Positions 36,222-44,912 of a stretch of 64,000 nt of DNA are shown piece by piece. Below the pieces are notes generated by a model. It saw only the letters and a program-made list of their open reading frames with translations, did not search any database and was not told the origin of the DNA. The position numbers and the translations under genes are program-made. Position 1 is the stretch's first letter. The number at the start of each line of letters is the position of its first letter. This stretch comes from Candidatus Nanoarchaeia archaeon (GTDB lineage: Archaea; Nanobdellota; Nanobdellia; SCGC-AAA011-G17; GW2011-AR20), in NCBI GenBank assembly GCA_035288805.1, contig DATDZG010000023.1, positions 15,669 through 79,668 of the forward strand. Direction: 5' to 3'.

Positions 36222-36354
36222 CCCTTGGTCATAGACCAAGGGTATGATGCCTAAGCATCATACTTGTTCTTGAGCACGCCAAATTTCACTCTTATTGGTT
36301 GTGGTTTGCGTATCAAACCACCATTCAAAGAATGGTGGAATTTTAGCGTTTAAA
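36222..36354 (-). repeat. Family-A element, copy 3 (minus orientation), expanded with extra nested hairpins
   Basis: rc reads aaacgctaaaattcc-[hairpin]-atttggcgtgctcaagaaca-[two hairpins]-ttcttgacaaa. Lies 3' of the tfe gene. Confidence 0.5.
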
Positions 36355-36435
36355 TACAATGTTTCACAAGTTGACTCGTCAACTGTGCCCCGTTGAGCTT
36401 GCTCAACTAGGGTTTCTTTCTAAGAAAAAAAATTG

Positions 36436-37287
36436 TTATCTAAAACCGACTTTCTTTTTAATCAAACTAAGAATTCCTTTTTTCCCTTTAACATCTTTTT
36501 TATCAGAAATTTTAAAAGCTTTCCTAGCCCTCTTCGCAATAATCTTCTTCTTAATCTTCTGTTTGATTATCTTCCTTTTAGCCTTAAGTTTCTTAATCTT
36601 CTTAACAATTTTCTTCTTCCTTTCAGGTCCAGCCTTCTTAAGTTTCTTCTTCAGTTTTTTAATCCTCTTCTTAATAGCTTTCTTTTTCGCTTTAAGTTTT
36701 TTAATCTTAGTCTTCTTAACAACCTTCTTAACAGTCCTCTTAACCTTAACAGCCTCTTTAGGAGTTTCAATTGGAACACTTAAAACATCTATCTCTTTTT
36801 TCAAATAATCAATGCCAGCAATCAAAGCTTCTTTGTCAAATTCCTTGGATTTCCTGATTAAAACCTGCTCGCATTCAGGGCATTTAAACCCATGTTCCAA
36901 AGCTCTTACAGCATTAAACTCAACATGCCCATCAGGGCAATTGTATTTTTCTTCAGCATCTCTATTAAGTTGTTTTTCCATCTGTTCAAGTTTTGATTTC
37001 TTCTTGGCAAGCAAAACACCAACAGCATGTTTTAAATTAAAAGTCCAATAATAAATATACCACCCTTTCTGCCTGTCTTTTTTCCTTGTAGAACTAACCA
37101 AATTTCCAGCGTGCAACCCATAGAGCAAATTTCTAACATAGTTAATGCTCAGTTTAAGGTTTTCAGCAATATCAAACTCGCTGACGTTGCTCTTACCCCA
37201 AAGCTGTCTAAACACCTTTATAGTATCTTCATTAAAATTTTCCTTAATATAATCTTCCAGTATCTTGACAAGTTCCTGCATCCCCAT
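36436..37287 (-). CDS. tfe: transcription factor E (TFE-alpha-like: winged helix + CxxC…CxxC zinc ribbon) with ~110-aa lysine-rich C-terminal tail
   Basis: N-terminal wH, CPDGHVEF…CPEC ribbon, then KK-repeat tail (…KIKKLKAKKKAIKKRIKKLKKKLKK…). Confidence 0.65.
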   Translation of the reverse strand: MGMQELVKILEDYIKENFNEDTIKVFRQLWGKSNVSEFDIAENLKLSINYVRNLLYGLHAGNLVSSTRKKDRQKGWYIYYWTFNLKHAVGVLLAKKKSKLEQMEKQLNRDAEEKYNCPDGHVEFNAVRALEHGFKCPECEQVLIRKSKEFDKEALIAGIDYLKKEIDVLSVPIETPKEAVKVKRTVKKVVKKTKIKKLKAKKKAIKKRIKKLKKKLKKAGPERKKKIVKKIKKLKAKRKIIKQKIKKKIIAKRARKAFKISDKKDVKGKKGILSLIKKKVGFR

Positions 37288-37427
37288 TATTAGCCAAACG
37301 AGTGTTTAAAAAACTTTCTTTTCCGAGGAGTTTTCCCATTCTTAGTTTCTTTTCCATTAATGCTTTTCTTTTCTAAAGAAAAGGCTTATTTGAAAGTCTT
37401 TCTTTTCCCGAGGGTTTAGTTCAAGGT

Positions 37428-37464
37428 CCATTGGACTTGAACTACTGTTCACCAAAGGTGAACA
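37428..37464 (-). repeat. Family-B double hairpin, reverse orientation
   Basis: agttcaagGTCCATTGGACcttgaact + tgttcaCCaaaGGtgaaca. rc aligns with 25235-25282. Confidence 0.45.
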
Positions 37465-37568
37465 TTTTCTTTCTTAAAGAAAAAAAGCTTAGTTACTACT
37501 TTAAAATAAGGAGAAAAGCTTTAATAATCTCTTTAATGCATTTAGCATATGAGTGGAGGTGTTCTATA

Positions 37569-38000
37569 ATGGGTTTATTCAATAGAAAAAAAACTCTTCC
37601 TGAGCTGCCAAAGCCAGAGATGCAGTCAAACGATAGTATAAGACTTCCAGATTTTCCATCAAACGATTTTCCTTCTTACGAAGCTTTATCTTCTGATCTG
37701 GGTTCAATTAAAAAAGCAGTAAGAAGCCCAATGCCTCAGCAAAGTATGGGTATGATGCACGAAGAGCCACAAAGACCAACAGGTAATGAAAAAACATTGT
37801 TCATAAAAATAGACGATTATGAAACAGCAATGGCTGCAATAGAAAGGTTAAAAGAAAAATTAAAAGATGTTGATTCTGTTCTAAACACTTTAGAAAAGTT
37901 AAAGCGCCAGGAAGATGCTGAATTGGAATCTTGGCATAAGGATGTAGAAGCTTTAAAACAAAGATTAATGACTGTAGAAAGCAGGTTATTCCATATCTAA
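37569..38000 (+). CDS. hypothetical coiled-coil protein
   Basis: Start chosen downstream of the repeat-derived ORF N-terminus; the ORF is open from 37431. Confidence 0.4.
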   Translation: MGLFNRKKTLPELPKPEMQSNDSIRLPDFPSNDFPSYEALSSDLGSIKKAVRSPMPQQSMGMMHEEPQRPTGNEKTLFIKIDDYETAMAAIERLKEKLKDVDSVLNTLEKLKRQEDAELESWHKDVEALKQRLMTVESRLFHI

Positions 38001-38004
38001 AATG

Positions 38005-38560
38005 ATACTCCTCGACCTAAAGGTCGAGGTATCTCGTGAAGGCTACACTCAAAGTGTTGCCTGATGTTCAAAAGTCCAGCCATGTTGGCTTTGCTGGATG
38101 TAATGCTGAATCGTATCAGAAGTAACATTACCCACAGAACGATAAAACTTTCCAGCACTCCAGAAATGCCCTCGACGAAAATGTGTTTTTCGAAGAGAAG
38201 GAAAAGCATGCAATATCCTGTATGCAGAATTTCCTTTAAACAACTGCACAACCTGACTCACAGAATAGTGAGGAGGAAACTCAACAAATAAGTGCACATG
38301 GTCTGGCTGAATTTCCAAAGCATGAATGGTGAAGTTGTGCTGATACGCAACTCCACGAAAGCTTTTTTCACAAAGCTTTTTAATACCTGAGTATCGAAAA
38401 TATTGATACCGACATTTTGGGACAAACACAAGGTGATAGGTGGTTTGTCCATACCCGTGTTGAAATGCTTGTAGTTCCATTTTGCCTCCTGCACAAGTGG
38501 AACAGAGTTCACACTATCACAATCGTCGTATGAGTGCGTGAAATTCCTTGCGCACTCTTC
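38005..38560 (-). mobile_element. IS200/IS605-family insertion element (tnpA only), GC-enriched, with subterminal hairpins
   Basis: tnpA is flanked by hairpins cctcgacc-taaa-ggtcgagg (38010-38029) and gagtgcg…cgcactc (38532-38557). Composition differs from the flanks. Confidence 0.6.
38049..38480 (-). CDS. tnpA: IS200/IS605 family Y1 (HUH) transposase
   Basis: HVHLFVEFPP…GHFWSAGKFYRSVG…IQHYIQQ motifs. Confidence 0.8.
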   Translation of the reverse strand: MELQAFQHGYGQTTYHLVFVPKCRYQYFRYSGIKKLCEKSFRGVAYQHNFTIHALEIQPDHVHLFVEFPPHYSVSQVVQLFKGNSAYRILHAFPSLRKTHFRRGHFWSAGKFYRSVGNVTSDTIQHYIQQSQHGWTFEHQATL

Positions 38561-38594
38561 ATATTGAAAATGTTAAAGAAAAAGTTAACGGAGG

Positions 38595-39053
38595 ATGGCA
38601 ATTCCTCCCAGCACTAAACTGCTGGGTATCCTTGCCATAAATGTAATGAAAAAACATCTTGAAAACAGGCCTGTATATGTCCAGTTAGAGAATCCTTCTT
38701 CAACAAGGAAAAATGTATTAGAATCAGCAATAATTGCTGTTGAACTTCTTGAAAAATACGAATATACAAAAGAGATTAAAGCATTAAAAAGAGAGAAAAT
38801 GAAACTGGCAAAGAAAATAGTTTACGATTTAAACCTCGAACTATCAGCATTGACAAAAGCCCTCCCTCAGGCTTACATAAGCAAAAAAGAAAAAAGAATG
38901 GTAAATAATGAGTCCAGAGAATCTCAGGGTAAAAAACCTGTTTCCCTCCCAGAGCAAAGCAAGCAAAAGAAGAAAAAACCAAACTCAGAGCTAAAACGCT
39001 TAGAATCAGAGCTTTACGAGATAAAGAACAAGCTTTCAGGCCTGGATATGTAA
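38595..39053 (+). CDS. hypothetical coiled-coil protein
   Basis: 152-aa ORF. Confidence 0.4.
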   Translation: MAIPPSTKLLGILAINVMKKHLENRPVYVQLENPSSTRKNVLESAIIAVELLEKYEYTKEIKALKREKMKLAKKIVYDLNLELSALTKALPQAYISKKEKRMVNNESRESQGKKPVSLPEQSKQKKKKPNSELKRLESELYEIKNKLSGLDM

Positions 39054-39104
39054 CCAACAGACGAATCAGATAGGTTTATAACTTTTTTCCTCTCTTTCTA
39101 AGAT

Positions 39105-39632
39105 ATGAAATTATTCAGTTTAGTCCTGGCAGTCTTAGTATTATCCTCAGTAGTTCAGGCAGCATCGCTTTACAAAGAAGACTTCTCAAATATTAATCAG
39201 CAGACATTTACATTAAAAGAAAAAGACACAGTAAGGATTTTCTATTTAGGCAAAGAAACAGAGGTGATGTTAAGGTCTGTAGATGCACAAAAAAACTCAT
39301 TAAAACTAACCTTGTTCATAGAAGGAGCAGAAACTCCTCAATATGTGACATTAAAACAAGGCATAAATATAATGTTTGATGTAGATAAAGATAGAATAAA
39401 AGATTTAATCATAAGACCAATTTACATAAGCAAAGAAAATTCAGTGATTTCAATAGAAAAAATCTCTATTGAAAACCAGCCAGCAGGTCCAACAGGAGAA
39501 GCAATATCAATTCCAAAAGTAGAAAGTTCAGAGCCAAAAACAAATTTAAAAGTTGGATTATACATCTCTCTTGGAATAATTATCATAGGATTGACAACAT
39601 TTTTAATTTTTAGGAAAAAAAAGAATCAATAG
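39105..39632 (+). CDS. secreted protein with C-terminal TM anchor (hypothetical)
   Basis: Signal peptide MKLFSLVLAVLVLSSVVQA. C-terminal hydrophobic helix followed by a basic tail. Confidence 0.5.
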   Translation: MKLFSLVLAVLVLSSVVQAASLYKEDFSNINQQTFTLKEKDTVRIFYLGKETEVMLRSVDAQKNSLKLTLFIEGAETPQYVTLKQGINIMFDVDKDRIKDLIIRPIYISKENSVISIEKISIENQPAGPTGEAISIPKVESSEPKTNLKVGLYISLGIIIIGLTTFLIFRKKKNQ

Positions 39633-39719
39633 AGAGCTTTGAATAACATTCTTTTTAAGTGATATTCAAAGCACTTCTTTGAGGATTTTGACAAATTTTT
39701 TATAAGGCAGTCAAATTCC

Positions 39720-40406
39720 TCAATAATATTTTTGCTTTCTCTTCCAATAACCATAGCTTTTTCTCTTTACTATCAAAACAACCAGAATTAATACCAATAA
39801 AAATCCAAAAAGGATTAATGTTGCTTTTTTAAACTGCTCTGTCCCAAAAGCAGGAGACGCAGAAGCATTGGACATATTAACAAATAAACCTGTGGTTGTT
39901 GAGGTTGTTGTGCTCTCAACAGCAGCTCCAGCGGGTAAAGTAGTTGAGGTTGTGCTCTCTTCACTGCATTTAGGGTTCTCATTATAAGTGCATTTTCCTC
40001 TGCCACAAATCCCAATTAAGCAGGAATCATCGCTCTTGCAGTCCCTTGCAGTCTTGCATTCAGAAACAAACTGCTCAACACATTTCTGATTAGAGCATAA
40101 GTTATTTGCACATAACCCCCCATCATCATCTCCCAAATCAATCTGAAATTCAACATAGTTAAATTTCTTTTGTCTCACATCAAAAAGCATTCCATTAAAG
40201 TTCTTATCGCCATCAATCAAAACTCTGCCATTGTTAACGCAAAGAATAAAAGAATCAGGATTAGATGCAACCAGAGTCATATTAACTCCTTTAAATTCAA
40301 AGCTCTCCCACAAGTCAAGAGCAATCTCTTTCTTCGCTGCACTAACTAACATAGAACTTACAATAATTATCCCTAAAATCATTGCTATTATCTTGATGGT
40401 TTTCAT
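39720..40406 (-). CDS. Cys-rich surface protein with Thr-rich linker and C-terminal TM anchor
   Basis: Start at internal Met MKTIKIIAMILG. Contains 14 Cys and a C-terminal TM helix. Confidence 0.5.
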   Translation of the reverse strand: MKTIKIIAMILGIIIVSSMLVSAAKKEIALDLWESFEFKGVNMTLVASNPDSFILCVNNGRVLIDGDKNFNGMLFDVRQKKFNYVEFQIDLGDDDGGLCANNLCSNQKCVEQFVSECKTARDCKSDDSCLIGICGRGKCTYNENPKCSEESTTSTTLPAGAAVESTTTSTTTGLFVNMSNASASPAFGTEQFKKATLILFGFLLVLILVVLIVKRKSYGYWKRKQKYY

Positions 40407-40481
40407 GTTGTTCATTTTCCTAGAAGTTCTCTTCTGTTTTCTTTTTGCCTTAAGCATTTTTCTTTTACAAAAGAAAAATGC

Positions 40482-41153
40482 TTATATTATCAAAAAGAGG
40501 AATATTAAAAAGGTATATAAAGCTACCCCACTAAAGAATAATAACACATGATGCTCTGATTCTTTAGCATGTTCCTTTACTGCAAGAAAAGTGCTGCATC
40601 CAATTAAGAATCCCAAAACACAAAAAGAAATTAAAAAAGAGATAAAAACAAGCTTTGCAGCGATTACACCAATAAGCCCTGAAGAGAAAAACAATAGTTT
40701 AACAAACAAACCCTCTTTAAAATCAGGATGAACATGAAATAAACTAATCTCCCCAAATATAGAATAAAGAAAAATCGGAATAAAAAAGAGTATTCCAGAA
40801 ATCAGGCTAAGATTAAGCAGAGTTGTTAAGCCCATCCCAATCAATAGATAGTACAAAAAAATCCCGAAAGCATGAAAAAGCCCGATTTCTTTGGCAATAA
40901 TCCTTGTTTTAGGATGAGAATAAACAAATTTTCCAAGCAAAAAAAACAATAAAAATCCTAAAAGAACAAAAAAGAAAACCAACTCCTCAATATACTTGTT
41001 CTCTCTCAACAGCAAAGGATACAATTGTAAAAACAAATGCGCAATCAACAATCCTGCAGCAAAACTAACAACCTTATTTTTATTCCTGTAATCAATCAAA
41101 GAACTCAATAACAACCCAAGTCCTAACAGCCCTCCAAAAACATAAGCTAGCAC
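40482..41153 (-). CDS. polytopic membrane protein (hypothetical)
   Basis: 223 aa, ~7 TM helices. Confidence 0.45.
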   Translation of the reverse strand: MLAYVFGGLLGLGLLLSSLIDYRNKNKVVSFAAGLLIAHLFLQLYPLLLRENKYIEELVFFFVLLGFLLFFLLGKFVYSHPKTRIIAKEIGLFHAFGIFLYYLLIGMGLTTLLNLSLISGILFFIPIFLYSIFGEISLFHVHPDFKEGLFVKLLFFSSGLIGVIAAKLVFISFLISFCVLGFLIGCSTFLAVKEHAKESEHHVLLFFSGVALYTFLIFLFLII

Positions 41154-41216
41154 AATAACCTCAATATTAAAGAATATATAAATTTATGGCTGTAAAGATT
41201 ATTTTGGAGTGTCCTA

Positions 41217-42063
41217 TTATTTTTCTTTCTTTTTGTGTCCAAGTCTCTTTTGTTTCTCAGACATTTCCAAGAAATTATCATTTGAAAAAACACTTTTCCC
41301 AAGTTTCTGTTCAATATCTTTTCTTGTTGAACCAGCAACATCCCCACCATCTTTCGCATCTTTCTTCAATCTTGGAAACTCTTTAGAATCTCTTTCTCTT
41401 GTAAATCTGGTTGTTGTCGCTTCTCCAAGCATAGTAAGAATAAGCTCCAAATCATCCATGTGGTCCCTTAAGTTTTCTTTTTTAAGCTGTTTATGTTGCT
41501 TGTATTCTTCTACGGTTTTTCCAAAGGTCGCTTTGCTTATCTCGTTAGTTAAAATCCCATAATCTCTGTTTTTTTCAACGCCTCTTTTCTTCCACTCGTC
41601 AGTTAACTCCTGCCTAACATGAATCCCCCTTACTCTTTTCTCAACCCATTCATCAGAATAACCTTTAAGTTTATACAACTCTTTCATACGTTTTTGAGCC
41701 AATTCAGGGTCTTCTATTTCCTGTATTCTTTCATAACCTACTTGAGCAAGCCATAGCTTAAACGGTTCTGCTTTAGGAGAGGGTATTGATTGGATAAGTC
41801 TTAATAATGTTGGGGTACTAGCACAATCAGTCTCATAATACTTTCCATCAGATGAAAGTAATTTCAGTTGGTTACATTTTGTAACCGACTCACTGCCTTC
41901 TTCATTTAATCTATGTTTAAGCACCTTCCAGTAATTCCTTGCGTCTGCACTCTCTGAAAGGATCCCCACAATATCAACCACAGAAAACCACCATTCATCA
42001 TTGTGCCAGATTCTTCTAATTTTCTTGTCCTGAAATACAACTAAGGAGTTAATCTTATCCATA
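41217..42063 (-). CDS. Bro-N / DinD-like (phage antirepressor-type) domain protein
   Basis: …IRRIWHNDEWWFSVVDIVGIL… is a Bro-N signature. ATG 42063 is preferred over the GTG 42098 ORF start because a TATA box lies ~22 nt upstream of it. Confidence 0.65.
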
Positions 42064-42084
42064 TAAAGAGAGAATACAGATTTA

Positions 42085-42126
42085 TTTATAAGCTTCACGC
42101 GGGTGGTTGTCGTCTGTCTATTGTTT
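42085..42126 (-). promoter_or_regulatory. TATA box (TTATAAAT) ~22 nt upstream of the ATG, plus conserved upstream motif AACAAYAGACAGACGACA shared with the Dcm promoter
   Basis: Direct comparison with 47707-47747. TATA-to-ATG spacing of 21-22 nt at both loci suggests leaderless transcripts. Confidence 0.45.
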
Positions 42127-42167
42127 TTGATATATATGTTGGAGAATACACTCCTAGGGTTATGAAA

Positions 42168-43487
42168 CTATTTGTATCTATGCTGATGCCTTAAATTGTG
42201 CTCGTCCGGAACTAATTCTTCTAAGTTATCAATATTATTATTTCTTTTATTAAAATCTTTATGATGGATTTCATATCGATTCTTTATTTTCCTATTATGC
42301 TTATGCTCAAACCACCACCTATGAAATAAATCTCCGGTGTTATGGAATACCTCATAACCCTCTTCATTTATGTGAACCTTAGTCCCTTGTTTATTTGTAC
42401 GAGGTCGTAATCTTTCATTTCTAAGTTTTTCTCTTGCTTCTTCAAGTTCTTTTGTTTCTCTTATCGCTTCTTCTTTTAATTCCATTACTACATCCAATCT
42501 TATTTTAGCTTCAGCCTCATTTCTCTTTAATTCCTCTTCATACCTAGCTTTTACATGCCCTTTAGCATTTTTTATTTTCAAGATTAATTCATCATGATTT
42601 TTATTTAACTTATCCTTTTCTTTCTTTAATCTTTCAAGTTTTTCGTTATTTTCTTTGACGCTATCTTCTTTTTCAGTTAATTCCTCTTCTAAATCTTTAA
42701 GTTTTTTATCTAAGCCTTCTTTCTTCACAAAGAACACAAAAATAATGATTATTGCTAATATTCCTAAAATCCAATAAATCCAATTCTTAAAAGTAGTCTC
42801 TTTATTCGGTTTACAAACCCCTTCTTTCCCTATACCGGAAAGGCATTCCCATTCACATTTGTATGATTCTCCAACATTTTTTGTTGAGGGTTTTAAACAA
42901 GTTTGGTTATTACAATTTAACATCCCTTCCGGACATTGCCAATCTTCTTTACCACAAAAACCTGCAATAGTACATTTATTATAACCGCATTGTCCATCCT
43001 CTTTGCAAACATCACCATCATTTAAACAAATTTTTCCATCTTTACATTTCTGACAAACATCTCTCGTTTTATTAACCATTTCAAGCCTATAAAAAATCCC
43101 TAAAGGTAGAGTCACATTAATCTTAACATCAGTTACACTTCCGGTTACACCATGCCCCCTTTCTATGAAACTAAAAGAATTTGGAGATATATCCCCTTCT
43201 GCAATTTCAAACTGATCTCCATACCAACTTGATCTATCCCAATAAGAAATTTGAATCTTAACAGAATAACTCAAAGTATTCAATACCTTGAATGTTGTTT
43301 GATCTTTATTAGAATTTATCTCCATGATAGATATATTTCCAGAAATATATTCATTATTCCAATAATATTTTGTCTCTTCTACTTGATACATCTCTTTTTC
43401 TTTATATTGACATTCGGAAGATGCACTTACAACTAAAGGTATAAAAAATAAAAGTAAAATAATGAAAATAAATGCAGGCTTTCTCAT
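42168..43487 (-). CDS. single-pass membrane protein: signal peptide + Cys-rich extracellular domain + TM helix + cytoplasmic coiled coil + C-terminal HNH endonuclease domain
   Basis: TM WIYWILGILAIIIIFVFFV followed by KKEGLDKK. C-terminal …YEIHHKDFNKRNNNIDNLEELVPDEHNLRH is an HNH motif. Confidence 0.65.
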   Translation of the reverse strand: MRKPAFIFIILLLFFIPLVVSASSECQYKEKEMYQVEETKYYWNNEYISGNISIMEINSNKDQTTFKVLNTLSYSVKIQISYWDRSSWYGDQFEIAEGDISPNSFSFIERGHGVTGSVTDVKINVTLPLGIFYRLEMVNKTRDVCQKCKDGKICLNDGDVCKEDGQCGYNKCTIAGFCGKEDWQCPEGMLNCNNQTCLKPSTKNVGESYKCEWECLSGIGKEGVCKPNKETTFKNWIYWILGILAIIIIFVFFVKKEGLDKKLKDLEEELTEKEDSVKENNEKLERLKKEKDKLNKNHDELILKIKNAKGHVKARYEEELKRNEAEAKIRLDVVMELKEEAIRETKELEEAREKLRNERLRPRTNKQGTKVHINEEGYEVFHNTGDLFHRWWFEHKHNRKIKNRYEIHHKDFNKRNNNIDNLEELVPDEHNLRHQHRYK

Positions 43488-43583
43488 CCTTCCACCTTCT
43501 CAAACAACCAGCGTACTGCTATCATATCAGAATAGGGATTCTAAAAATATATAAACTTAACCAGCAATATCTGTGGACGCATA

Positions 43584-43616
43584 GGGTTGATAAGGGAAAC
43601 GCAGGTAGCCCTTATT
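43584..43616 (+). repeat. Family-C hairpin element gggttgaTAAGGG-aaacgcaggtag-CCCTTAt; its stem includes the HtrA stop codon
   Basis: Near-identical to 44889-44912 and related to 14194-14226. Confidence 0.45.
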
Positions 43617-44538
43617 GAGCAGCCAAAGCTTCATTATACTTAACAATCAACCCATCACTAACTTTCTTGGCATCATTAGAATTCAATGCAAAGCCAAGAC
43701 CTTCAACAGAGGTCTGAGAAATCTTAAAATTATTTATCCCCATAATCTCTCCCTGAGCATTAATCAAAGGCCCTCCAGAATTCCCAGGATTAATCGCAAC
43801 ATCAGTTTGAATGTAAGTTCCAGGAGAATCCTTTTTTCCACGATTCAACCCAGAAACAATGCCCTCAGAAACACTAAAACTTAATCCGAGAGGATTCCCC
43901 ACAGCAATCACTTTCTCCCCAACATTCAGCTCATCACTATCGCCATAATCCAAAGCAGAGTACCCAGATTCAATCTTCAACAAAGCCACATCATAAGGAG
44001 CACTATACCCAATCAAAACAGCATTATGTTGCTTGCCATCATACGTTAAAACTCTATAATTTTTAGCATTCTCAACAACATGATAATTCGTAACTACAAA
44101 TCCATTTCCATCAACAATAGCCCCAGAACCTAAACTTCCAGAAGCCTCGATACTGACAACGCTCTTCAAAACATCTTTAATTACCCCAGAAAAATCTCCT
44201 CCAGCACTCTGCACATTAGAAATTTGTTTCTCCAACAATCCCAGTTTACTCTCGCTGCTGCTCTTCAAAGAACCCAAATCTATTTGCAATTCTCTTACAT
44301 TCCCAGCAACCTCTCCAAGAGATTTTTGATTTTCTTCAGCAAGAGAAGTAATCCTTAAATTAATGTTTTTACCGAACTCTTCTTGATTGTTATTAACCTG
44401 GTCAAATCCTTTTATCGTTTCTTCTTTAATCTGATTAAGAGAATAAAACTGATAACTTATTAAAATTACCAAAATCCCAATTACACTAAAAAGTATAATC
44501 CTCTCAAGATTATAGCTTTTATCTGATTTAACCATCAT
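43612..44538 (-). CDS. HtrA/DegP-family trypsin-like serine protease, membrane-anchored, no obvious PDZ
   Basis: N-terminal TM, catalytic motifs …TNYHVV…D…GNSGGPL. Confidence 0.75.
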   Translation of the reverse strand: MMVKSDKSYNLERIILFSVIGILVILISYQFYSLNQIKEETIKGFDQVNNNQEEFGKNINLRITSLAEENQKSLGEVAGNVRELQIDLGSLKSSSESKLGLLEKQISNVQSAGGDFSGVIKDVLKSVVSIEASGSLGSGAIVDGNGFVVTNYHVVENAKNYRVLTYDGKQHNAVLIGYSAPYDVALLKIESGYSALDYGDSDELNVGEKVIAVGNPLGLSFSVSEGIVSGLNRGKKDSPGTYIQTDVAINPGNSGGPLINAQGEIMGINNFKISQTSVEGLGFALNSNDAKKVSDGLIVKYNEALAAQ

Positions 44539-44578
44539 AATAAACGGGAAATAGTATTTTTAAGTTTAACTATAAAAA

Positions 44579-44824
44579 TCAACCAGTCTTTAATATCTTC
44601 TCGATAGCGTGTTTGTCAAACCCAACAACAACATTTTTCCCAATCACAATTACAGGCACTCCAGATTGTCCTGAGATATTAATCATCTCTTTAACCTTTT
44701 CTCTGGAATCAACATCAATCTCTTTAAACGCAATTTTCTTGCTCTTAAAGTATTTTTTAGCCTCAATACAATAATGACACGTCTTTGTTGTGTATATCTT
44801 AATCTCAGGTTTTAGATTTGCCAT
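44579..44824 (-). CDS. glutaredoxin/NrdH-like small thioredoxin-fold protein (CHYC)
   Basis: 81 aa, …YTTKTCHYCIEAKKYF…. Confidence 0.6.
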   Translation of the reverse strand: MANLKPEIKIYTTKTCHYCIEAKKYFKSKKIAFKEIDVDSREKVKEMINISGQSGVPVIVIGKNVVVGFDKHAIEKILKTG

Positions 44825-44888
44825 GTTAAAAAAATAAATGGTTGTATAGGGTTCAATTTTTCCCCTAGGGCTTTTTTTAAAAGGGCTC

Positions 44889-44912
44889 TAAGGGAAACGC
44901 AGGTAGCCCTTA
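44889..44912 (+). repeat. Family-C hairpin TAAGGG-aaacgcaggtag-CCCTTA overlapping the stop codon of the DsbA-like gene
   Basis: Identical core to 43591-43614. Confidence 0.45.

Noticed and set aside
36359-36808. Plus-strand ORFs 36359-36808 and 36433-36783 (Leu/Phe-rich)
   Set aside because: Antisense to the lysine-rich (AAR/AAG-rich) tail of the tfe gene. Low-complexity mirror artefacts.
37431-37568. N-terminal 46 codons of ORF 37431-38000
   Set aside because: They overlap the family-B hairpins and T-rich repeats also present at non-coding loci. An internal Met is used instead.
38258-38512. 84-aa minus-strand ORF overlapping tnpA
   Set aside because: Out-of-frame overlap with the well-supported IS200 transposase CDS.
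41186-41562. Plus-strand ORFs 41186-41386 and 41209-41562
   Set aside because: Antisense to the Bro-N/DinD-like gene. Ser/Phe/Leu-rich and without start context.
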